A stretch of DNA of 64,000 bases from an uncultured Bacteroidales bacterium. Lineage in GTDB: Bacteria > Bacteroidota > Bacteroidia > Bacteroidales > B18-G4. A program made the position numbers and the translations under genes. Below the pieces are notes generated by a model. It ran no database searches. It had not been told where the DNA came from and saw only the letters and a list, made by a program, of their open reading frames with translations. Positions within the stretch are counted from its first letter, which is position 1. Each line of letters opens with the position of its first letter. The stretch covers positions 36,362 to 100,361 of the forward strand of contig CAZASJ010000002.1 of assembly GCA_964487735.1 (NCBI GenBank), read 5' to 3'. Positions 56,642 to 64,000 of the stretch are shown piece by piece.

Positions 56642-57751
56642 ATGATTCATGAACAAAGGCAAATCATGCGATTGAAACCAAAAATCCTCATTTTTTCTAC
56701 ATTATTTCTTTTCCCAATATGGGCTATTACACAATCCACAAATAAAGAGATTGTTTTTCCTGACATTAATGGATATCAAACATTGCTTTGCGATTTTCAT
56801 ATGCATACGGTCTTTTCCGATGGCCTGGTATGGCCCACAGTAAGAGTAAGTGAGGCCGTTTCAGAAGGACTTGACGCCATTTGTATCACCGACCATTTAG
56901 AATATCAGTCTCATAGTGATGATCTTAGCGGAGATCATAACCGATCTTATGAAATAGCAAAACCCCTTGCTGATAAAAAGGGTCTAATATTGATCAGGGG
57001 CACTGAACTTACAAAAAGCATGCCTCCCGGCCACTTTAATATGCTCTTTGTCAAGGATGCAAATCCCATTGATGTTCCTGACTGGAAGGAATCTTTGAGA
57101 ATTGCAAATGAACAGGGTGCTTTCGTTTTCTGGAACCATCCAGGCTGGCGTCAGGAAGGCGAAATCCCCATTTGGTATAAGGAGCATTCCTGGATTTTAT
57201 CGAAAGGATGGATACAGGGCATTGAAATCGTGAATGAAAACAGCTATTACCCTCTGGCATACGAATGGGCCATTGATTCTAATCTGACCATTCTGGGCAA
57301 CTCAGATATTCATGACCCACTTGATTTTTTCTTCGATCGCTGTGAAGGTGAACACAGGCCTGTAACACTTGTTTTTGCAAAGGAAAGAACAGAAACCGGT
57401 ATCAGGGAAGCCCTGGATCATAAACGTACAGCTATTTATTATAAAACCCTGCTGATAGGTAATGCCGACCTTGTTTCGGAAATCTTTCTGGAATCAATAG
57501 AAATTCAGTATCCTGAAATCAAAAACCAAAATAATTCCAATATAGTGTTCTGTCAGAATAATGCATCCATCGGATATGAAGTGATCGTAATGGATCAGGA
57601 TGAAAATCAAAAGGATAGCTACTACCTAAGTCCGGGTGGCTTAACGAAATTGATTCTTCCAGATGAATTGTCAGGGGATGTATTTATGATCAACAATATT
57701 CATGTGGGCCCCAATCATAAATTGCTTATCAGCCCCGCTTTAATGAGATAA
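56642..57751 (+). CDS. Secreted PHP-domain metal-dependent phosphoesterase
   Basis: 369 aa. Contains CDFHMHTVFSDG (PHP HxH motif), ITDH, WNHPGW and NSDIHD. The signal-peptide-like MRLKPKILIFSTLFLFPIWA suggests the true start may be the ATG at 56666. Confidence 0.75.
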   Translation: MIHEQRQIMRLKPKILIFSTLFLFPIWAITQSTNKEIVFPDINGYQTLLCDFHMHTVFSDGLVWPTVRVSEAVSEGLDAICITDHLEYQSHSDDLSGDHNRSYEIAKPLADKKGLILIRGTELTKSMPPGHFNMLFVKDANPIDVPDWKESLRIANEQGAFVFWNHPGWRQEGEIPIWYKEHSWILSKGWIQGIEIVNENSYYPLAYEWAIDSNLTILGNSDIHDPLDFFFDRCEGEHRPVTLVFAKERTETGIREALDHKRTAIYYKTLLIGNADLVSEIFLESIEIQYPEIKNQNNSNIVFCQNNASIGYEVIVMDQDENQKDSYYLSPGGLTKLILPDELSGDVFMINNIHVGPNHKLLISPALMR

Positions 57752-59371
57752 ATGAGAAGAAATATAATCCTGATATGTTTTGCGATGGTTATTCTTACAT
57801 CCTGTAAAGAAGAATACAGGAATGAAGGATTGTCTATATTCCGCTACAATGAATCTGCCGGAATTACCTCTCTGGACCCAGCCTTTTCGAAAGACCTTGC
57901 AAATATATGGGCTTGCAACCAGGTTTTCGATGGATTGGTCAAGCTTGATGATAAACTCATTGTAAGCCCTTCGGTAGCTGAAAGCTGGAGTATCTCAGAT
58001 GATGGCACGATCTATACTTTCAAGATCAGGCCTGATGTCTTCTTTCATTCTCATCATTGTTTTCCCGAAGGAAAGGGCAGAAAGGTGACTGCATTTGATT
58101 TTGAGTTTTCTTTTTACAGGATAATGGATCCCTCGCTTGCTTCGCCGGGAGCATGGGTTTTCAATAATGTAGCAGATAGCGGGTTCAAGGCCCTGAATGA
58201 TACAACTTTTCAAATCACACTTGATCAGGCGTTCATGCCATTCCTGGGCCTGTTATCCATGCAATACTGCGCCGTAATACCTCATGAGGTAGTAACAGAA
58301 TATGGAAGGGACTTTCGTAAGCATCCAATCGGTTGTGGCCCATTCGTCTTTACCTACTGGAAAGAAGGGGTAAAGCTGGTCATGAGAAAGAATGAAAATT
58401 ATTTTGAGTATGATGATACAGGAGTCAGGCTTCCATACCTTGATGCAGTAGCCATCACTTTCCTGATCGACAAACAATCAGCCTTTCTTCAATTTGTTCA
58501 GGGGAAATTGGATTTTATGTCAGGTATCGACGCAAGCTATAAAGATGAACTGCTGAGCCCGGAAGGGAAACTAAATCCAGAATATGATGATCTCATATAC
58601 CTGATCTCTGAACCATATCTGAATACGGAATACCTTGGTGTGATGGTTGACAGTATTACAGGTTCTGCCATGAAACCCCTTACAAATAAACTGGTGAGGC
58701 AGGCCATTAGCCATGGTTTTGACAGAAGGAAAATGATGAGATACTTACGCAATAGTATCGGTATTCCTGGAAATGGAGGTTTCATTCCGGCAGGGATGCC
58801 ATCTTTCGACACAAGCTATTCATATGGATATACTTATGATCCTCAGAAAGCACTTGCTTTGCTTGATGAAGCAGCTTACCCGGGAGGGAAAGGCCTTCCG
58901 TCTATTACTTTGAGCACTTCAGCTGAATACCTGGATCTATGCAAGTACATACAACATGAATTGATGCTGATAGGAATAAATACAGAGATATCGGTAAGTC
59001 CGCCAGCAGCGATTAAAGAGATGAAAGCTCAGGCGAAGATCCCATTCTTCAGAGCATCATGGATTGCGGACTACCCGGATGAAGAAAATTACCTTTCACT
59101 ATTCTACTCAAAAAATTTCTGTCCATCCGGTCCCAATTATACCCACTTTTCAAAACCAGAATTTGATGCCTTGTACCTCAGGTCACTGTCGATGGTAAAT
59201 GATTCCATGCGCTATGAGGTTTATCGGGAAATGGATCGGATGGTAATGGAAGAAGCTGCAGTAATTATATTGTTCTATGATGTGGTGCTACGCTTTGTAA
59301 ATAAGGATGTTAGCGGTCTTGGAAGCAATCCTGTCAACCTGTTGGATCTTACTTATGTTCAAAAAAAATAA
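57752..59371 (+). CDS. ABC-type substrate-binding lipoprotein, family 5 (peptide/nickel-type)
   Basis: 539 aa. Lipobox ILTSCK. SBP_bac_5-like motifs (LDPAF, GLVKLD, HPIGCGPF, WIADYPD). No permease or ATPase gene is adjacent. Confidence 0.8.
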   Translation: MRRNIILICFAMVILTSCKEEYRNEGLSIFRYNESAGITSLDPAFSKDLANIWACNQVFDGLVKLDDKLIVSPSVAESWSISDDGTIYTFKIRPDVFFHSHHCFPEGKGRKVTAFDFEFSFYRIMDPSLASPGAWVFNNVADSGFKALNDTTFQITLDQAFMPFLGLLSMQYCAVIPHEVVTEYGRDFRKHPIGCGPFVFTYWKEGVKLVMRKNENYFEYDDTGVRLPYLDAVAITFLIDKQSAFLQFVQGKLDFMSGIDASYKDELLSPEGKLNPEYDDLIYLISEPYLNTEYLGVMVDSITGSAMKPLTNKLVRQAISHGFDRRKMMRYLRNSIGIPGNGGFIPAGMPSFDTSYSYGYTYDPQKALALLDEAAYPGGKGLPSITLSTSAEYLDLCKYIQHELMLIGINTEISVSPPAAIKEMKAQAKIPFFRASWIADYPDEENYLSLFYSKNFCPSGPNYTHFSKPEFDALYLRSLSMVNDSMRYEVYREMDRMVMEEAAVIILFYDVVLRFVNKDVSGLGSNPVNLLDLTYVQKK

Positions 59372-59382
59372 TCAGAATAATT

Positions 59383-59889
59383 ATGGGTTTTAAAAATATA
59401 AAAGCGACAGAAATCAGTGATAATGCGGTTCAGATCATTGGCCACGACTGGATGTTGATCAGCGCGGGAACAGCAGATAATTTTAATACAATGACTGCTG
59501 CCTGGGGAAGCCTTGGCTTTTTGTGGAAGGAACCGGCGGCCACTATATTTATCAGGCCGCAACGGTATACCTATGATTTCGTTGAGAAGTATGAAACTTT
59601 TACCCTTTGTTTCTTTGATAAAAAATATCATGAAGCACTGAAAATATGCGGAAGTAAATCAGGAAGGGATATTGATAAAATGAAAGAAACAGGACTGAGC
59701 CCAAAGGTATCGAAGGAAGGAAATATCTATTTTGATGAAGCACGGCTTGTGATCGAATGCAGGAAGGTTTACTATGATGATATCAAACCTGAATTTTTTC
59801 TCGAAAAAGAACTTAATAAAATTTATCCTTCAAAGGATTATCACAGAATGTATATTGGCTTTATTACCAATTGCATGATAAAAAAATGA
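59383..59889 (+). CDS. Flavin reductase-like FMN-binding split-barrel protein
   Basis: 168 aa. Contains IGHDWMLISAGTADNFNTMTAAWG and GSKSGRDIDK. Confidence 0.75.
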   Translation: MGFKNIKATEISDNAVQIIGHDWMLISAGTADNFNTMTAAWGSLGFLWKEPAATIFIRPQRYTYDFVEKYETFTLCFFDKKYHEALKICGSKSGRDIDKMKETGLSPKVSKEGNIYFDEARLVIECRKVYYDDIKPEFFLEKELNKIYPSKDYHRMYIGFITNCMIKK

Positions 59890-59949
59890 TCATCGCATTT
59901 TAAGCTTAAATTCTATACCTTTACCTGACCTATAAAATGAGTTAAAGCA

Positions 59950-60507
59950 TTGAATATCATCGTAAATATAAGGGAAAAAGCAGGTCTTGCAAGTCTGAAA
60001 CGTGAATCAGGGAGGCTTGTCAGGGATAAAAAGATCATTAATCTTGGAGATGCCGAGAAGATTGGAATCCTGTATTTTCTTCCTGATGAACCAACATATC
60101 GAACGATTAGTAAGTATGTTAAGAAACTGCAGGAGGCAGGAAAGAATGTAAAAGCACTTGGGTATGTCAAAAGTAAGCGGCTTACGGGTCAATTCATGCC
60201 TAAGCTTTCGTATGATTTTCTATATCCAACAGGATTAAGCTGGAATTTTAAGCCTGTTTCAATGGCAGCCCGTGATTTCACGGAAAAAGAATTTGATATT
60301 TTGCTGGACCTTAGCACAGAAGAACACTTGCCCTTGTTATTTATTACAGCTTTATCAAATGCTAAATTCAAGGCAGGTATGCAAAGCAAGAGAAAAGCCA
60401 AGCACCTGGATCTGATGATAAGTCTTGGTGAGGAAGATGGCCTTGATAAATTAATATTACAAATTGACCATTATTTATCTATTATAAACAAGAAAAATGA
60501 AAGCTGA
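59950..60507 (+). CDS. Hypothetical protein upstream of dapA
   Basis: 185 aa ORF with coding-like composition. TTG start as given by the track, so the start is uncertain. 11-nt overlap with the dapA start. Confidence 0.5.
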   Translation: MNIIVNIREKAGLASLKRESGRLVRDKKIINLGDAEKIGILYFLPDEPTYRTISKYVKKLQEAGKNVKALGYVKSKRLTGQFMPKLSYDFLYPTGLSWNFKPVSMAARDFTEKEFDILLDLSTEEHLPLLFITALSNAKFKAGMQSKRKAKHLDLMISLGEEDGLDKLILQIDHYLSIINKKNES

Positions 60508-61381
60508 TATAATCAAAGGGACCGGTGTGGCATTGATCACGCCCTTTAATAATGATGGTAAGATCGACTTTGTTGCTCTTGGAAAACTTATAGTGCATGT
60601 AATTTCAGGAGGCGTTGATTTCCTGGTTGCTCTGGGAACTACAAGCGAGGCCCCAGTATTAAGTGCCGATGAAAGAAATGCTGTGTTGAATTATATTGTG
60701 AAGCATGCAGAAGGGAAAATTCCTGTAATTGTAGGTGTTGGTGGGAATAATACTCAAGCTTTGGAAGATACCTTGAAATCAATGGATTTCAACGGTATAA
60801 GTGGCATTTTATCCGTTGCTCCTTATTACAATAAGCCTAACCAAACAGGATTGTATTATCATTTCAAAGCGATTTCAGAGGCTAGTCCTGTCCCAATTAT
60901 TCTTTATAATGTTCCGGGACGCACAAGCTCAAATATTACAGCTGCTACAACCCTCAAACTTGCTGCTGAATTTAAAAACATTGTAGCCATCAAAGAAGCT
61001 TCAGGTAATTTCAGCCAGATTATGGAGATCATCCATAATAAACCTGAGGGTTTTACCGTCTTATCGGGCGATGATGCCCTTACGTATCCAATGATGGCAA
61101 TCGGAGCAGAAGGGGTAATTTCGGTGGTGGCAAATGCATATCCTCAGAGATTCTCGAAGATGGTAAATTATTGCCTGGCTGATCATTACAAAGAAGCCAG
61201 AACAGCTCATTATGAGTTGTTGAATATCATGGAAGCCTTGTTCGAGGATGGAAATCCGGCAGGTGTAAAAGCAGCACTCGAAGTAATGGGAATTATAAAT
61301 AATAAACTGCGTTTGCCACTTGTAAAAGCAAATGAGGCAACCTTTAATAAAATTAAAAATCTTATAAGTGAGCTCAAATAA
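60497..61381 (+). CDS. dapA: 4-hydroxy-tetrahydrodipicolinate synthase
   Basis: 294 aa. Contains GTGVALITPF, GTTSE, YNVPGRT and the IKEASG active-site Lys. Confidence 0.95.
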   Translation: MKADIIKGTGVALITPFNNDGKIDFVALGKLIVHVISGGVDFLVALGTTSEAPVLSADERNAVLNYIVKHAEGKIPVIVGVGGNNTQALEDTLKSMDFNGISGILSVAPYYNKPNQTGLYYHFKAISEASPVPIILYNVPGRTSSNITAATTLKLAAEFKNIVAIKEASGNFSQIMEIIHNKPEGFTVLSGDDALTYPMMAIGAEGVISVVANAYPQRFSKMVNYCLADHYKEARTAHYELLNIMEALFEDGNPAGVKAALEVMGIINNKLRLPLVKANEATFNKIKNLISELK

Positions 61382-61412
61382 TATTAATTTTGTGCTTTAA
61401 AATATCTTCATC

Positions 61413-62906
61413 ATGCTTAAGAAAATACTTTTGATCTCAATTTTGACAGTGTTTGCATTGTTTACAAGCGGTCAGGACATAAATGAAATATTCGCCGACA
61501 GGGGGGAAATATACTTTACTTTTCAGGCGGGTTCCGTATCAAATGTACAGGACTTATCGAGGATTATTTCCATTGATAAGGTAGATGAAAACCTGCAGGT
61601 TCTTGCATATGCAAATAAAGCGGAATTTGAGCGATTCCTTCAGAAGGGACTGGATTTTAAGATCCTTCAACATCCCGGAACACTCATTCATCCAAGAATG
61701 CTTGATGAAGTTGATATTAAAGCCATCACTGCCTGGGATTTCTACCCTACTTACAATGCTTACATTGATATGATGCATCAATTTGAAGCCGATTTTCCGG
61801 ATCTGTGTGAAGTCGTTCATTTTGGTTATACCAATGAAGAAAGAGACTTGCTGGCATTGAGGATTTCTGACAACATTAATGAGGATGAAGGCGAGCCTGA
61901 ATTCTTTTTCACATCTTCCATTCATGGAGATGAAACAACAGGATATGTATTGATGCTCCGTTTGATCGATTACCTGCTTAATGGTTATGGCAGTGATCAG
62001 AGAATAACAGATATTGTGAATGGCATGGATATCTACATTAACCCGCTGGCCAACCCTGATGGATCTTTTCATGGCGGAAATGCCAGTATTTACGGTGCCC
62101 AGCGTGGGAATGCCTTCTATATTGATATGAACAGGAATTATCCTGATCCTGAAGATGGCCCTCATCCAGATGGGAATGCATGGCAAAAAGAAACCATTCA
62201 TTTTATGGAATTCGCTGAAGAGCGCGATTTTGTGATGGGATCGAATTTCCACGGTGGGGAAGAGGTATTGAATTACCCCTGGGATACATGGCCACGCCTG
62301 GCAGCAGACGACGACTGGTGGATTCACGTTTGCCGTGAATTTGCAGATACAGTTCATCTCTATTCACCTTCAAACTATCTTAGTGGATACAATAACGGGA
62401 TCACAAATGGATATCAGTGGTATTCTATTTCCGGAGGACGTCAGGATTATATGAACTATTTTCAGCAGGCAAGGGAACTGACGCATGAGATATCAGATGT
62501 AAAACTTCTTCCTGCCAGCCAGTTGCCTTCTCACTGGGAATGGAATTACAGGTCGTTCCTGAACTATCTGGAGCAGGCCATGTATGGATTAAGAGGAAGG
62601 ATCACTGATTCTGCCACCGGTGAATCACTGGAGGCGGAAGTTTTTGTCTTAAATCATGAGCTTGACAGCTCATGGGTGTATTCATCACTGCCGGCAGGTA
62701 ATTATCATCGTTTGCTTGATGAAGGGAATTACAGTGTGCGTTATTCAAAATCCGGATATCTTTCCCAAACACATGATGTGACCATCAGCAGGGAAGTGGC
62801 TACCATCCTGGATATCGAGTTGGTAACTGCCTTTTCAGGGGTAGATGACCATAGCATGATCGATTTCAGCGTATATCCGAATCCGGCATCTTCAAATTGC
62901 GGCTGA
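61413..62906 (+). CDS. M14 family zinc carboxypeptidase; its T9SS C-terminal domain is interrupted by a frameshift
   Basis: 497 aa with a signal peptide. Zinc ligand contexts SIHGDETTG and NFHGGEE, then a carboxypeptidase regulatory-like domain (GRITDSATGESL). The ORF stops right after VYPNPASS, the start of a T9SS domain. Confidence 0.85.
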   Translation: MLKKILLISILTVFALFTSGQDINEIFADRGEIYFTFQAGSVSNVQDLSRIISIDKVDENLQVLAYANKAEFERFLQKGLDFKILQHPGTLIHPRMLDEVDIKAITAWDFYPTYNAYIDMMHQFEADFPDLCEVVHFGYTNEERDLLALRISDNINEDEGEPEFFFTSSIHGDETTGYVLMLRLIDYLLNGYGSDQRITDIVNGMDIYINPLANPDGSFHGGNASIYGAQRGNAFYIDMNRNYPDPEDGPHPDGNAWQKETIHFMEFAEERDFVMGSNFHGGEEVLNYPWDTWPRLAADDDWWIHVCREFADTVHLYSPSNYLSGYNNGITNGYQWYSISGGRQDYMNYFQQARELTHEISDVKLLPASQLPSHWEWNYRSFLNYLEQAMYGLRGRITDSATGESLEAEVFVLNHELDSSWVYSSLPAGNYHRLLDEGNYSVRYSKSGYLSQTHDVTISREVATILDIELVTAFSGVDDHSMIDFSVYPNPASSNCG

Positions 62907-63069
62907 AAAAATTCAGCTCTTTTCAATGGTAGGAGAATTGATCTCGGTGCATTTTCCTGATGGGAATAAGAACATCTTTATTGATATCTCATCCCTTAGA
63001 TCTGGTACATACATCCTTAGTTTTGAGCTAAACGGAAAAACTTCCAAAAGAAAATTCGTGAAAATCTAG
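62860..63069 (+). other. Out-of-frame remainder of the T9SS C-terminal sorting domain of the M14 peptidase
   Basis: The +1 frame is open from 62860 to the TAG at 63067-63069. It reads ...IAAEKIQLFSMVGELISVHFPDGNKNIFIDISSLRSGTYILSFELNGKTSKRKFVKI, a typical T9SS CTD tail. Confidence 0.75.
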
Positions 63070-64000
63070 CCTATTGGGATTCCTATTCCCAATACGATCC
63101 TGTAAAGCAGGATAAAAAAGATGGCATACAGTATCGTTTTTGCCTTAGGCTTAATTTTTACCTTGTCTTCTTCAAAATACATGGAAGGATAAAATCTGTA
63201 TCCTATCGCAATAGGAATAATACTGATTAAGAGTGCAAGTGACACGGTCATATCATATACCAGGATCTTTGGCATCATGATCATGCCGATTATCAGGTTT
63301 CCCAGAAGAAAAGGCGTGATGACCTGTGCCCATATAAAATAGCGTTGCTTTCGGCTTTCAAGGTGAGAATAGTATGTATTGGCCGAGATAAGGAATGAGC
63401 GGGTGGTAAACACCCCGATCAGAAAAAGGGCTGTAAGGGAAATAATGGAATAGATCACTTTTTCAGTATCAGAGATATACGCCCAAATAATTGCATATCC
63501 AAAACCTCTTCCGAATATGCTCCCAATGAGGAGGGATCCGAAAAAAGCATTAAATCCATGCATAAACGTCCAGAGAATGAAGAGTTTAGCAAGGCCCCTG
63601 TCTGTTCTTACGTAAGAGAAAAGTATTGCGAAGATCACTGCAATGATCCCTGCTATAATGGGAGGGGAGGAGTAAACCATTTTAACAGAATCGCCAAACC
63701 ATTGGTCGGGTTTCACAAGCCAGAGCACCTCATTGAAAAAAACGATGGACTTATAATCAAAGAATACACCCGCTATTGAAGAAGTCAACAATCCGATTAG
63801 AAAAATAAGAAGATAGGCAGCAACAAAAAGCAGGCTTGAATGAAGGCTGATAATAAGGAATTCAAAGAGAAGCTTTTTGTTTTCTTTGATCTTTCTTAAA
63901 AGTGAGGGGATGTTTGCAGGGTTGAAGAGAAGAATGCTCCTAATGGTTTCTCTCCAACAAACTCTTGTATAAAACCGGATCAGTTTTCTTCGTTTTCGGT
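63066..64000 (-). CDS. Polytopic membrane protein, N-terminus beyond window edge
   Basis: The ORF track starts at a TTG at 63791. My translation shows the frame stays open upstream to position 64000 (...RKRRKLIRFYTRVCWRETIRSILLFNPANIPSLLRKIKENKKLLFEFLIISLHSSLLFVAAYLLIFLIGLLTSS...). The gene is therefore probably longer and truncated. Function unknown. Confidence 0.55.
   Translation of the reverse strand, partial: RKRRKLIRFYTRVCWRETIRSILLFNPANIPSLLRKIKENKKLLFEFLIISLHSSLLFVAAYLLIFLIGLLTSSIAGVFFDYKSIVFFNEVLWLVKPDQWFGDSVKMVYSSPPIIAGIIAVIFAILFSYVRTDRGLAKLFILWTFMHGFNAFFGSLLIGSIFGRGFGYAIIWAYISDTEKVIYSIISLTALFLIGVFTTRSFLISANTYYSHLESRKQRYFIWAQVITPFLLGNLIIGMIMMPKILVYDMTVSLALLISIIPIAIGYRFYPSMYFEEDKVKIKPKAKTILYAIFFILLYRIVLGIGIPIG

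Noticed and set aside
61554-62357. 267-aa ORF antisense to the M14 carboxypeptidase gene, unusually long for an AT-rich genome
   Set aside because: It is the codon-aligned antisense frame. It exists only because the sense gene uses no TTA, CTA or TCA codons across this stretch (checked by reading the codons). The sense strand has clear M14 motifs (HGDETTG, NFHGGEE). The antisense peptide is Ile/Cys/Asn-rich with no recognisable motif.

Overview
64-kb chromosomal window from an AT-rich Bacteroidota genome. The phylum call rests on seven proteins ending in type IX secretion (T9SS) C-terminal sorting domains and on TAnnTTTG-type -7 promoter boxes; a finer taxon cannot be read from the sequence. 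I call about 55 tightly packed protein genes, mostly core housekeeping. These include uvrB (partial), mutL, two rhomboid proteases, trmD, rpmG, ftsY, rimO, xerD, dapA, pruA, a RelA/SpoT enzyme, clpS and nfeD-floA. There is also a nucleotide-sugar operon (ugd, UDP-xylose synthase, rmlD-like, phosphosugar mutase), a thioester alpha-2-macroglobulin/pbpC operon, and a cobalamin riboswitch controlling a TonB-dependent receptor plus a beta-propeller lipoprotein. I saw no rRNA, tRNA, CRISPR array, prophage, transposase or recognisable defence or toxin system, and no convincing new multi-gene protein system. The most unusual signals are at the DNA level. (1) A 72-86 bp non-coding hairpin element occurs twice, with TCCCGA/TCGGGA terminal inverted repeats and 7-bp flanking duplications. 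Both copies sit inside arrays of tandem heptanucleotide repeats whose unit equals the duplicated 7-mer. (2) Five short heptamer arrays with different unit sequences lie in intergenic DNA; one covers the last codons and stop codon of a NUDIX gene. (3) An orphan minus-strand intrinsic terminator implies an unannotated small transcript between trmD and an S8 peptidase gene. (4) An M14 carboxypeptidase has its T9SS sorting domain out of frame. All functional calls rest on motif recognition by eye; no database search was possible.
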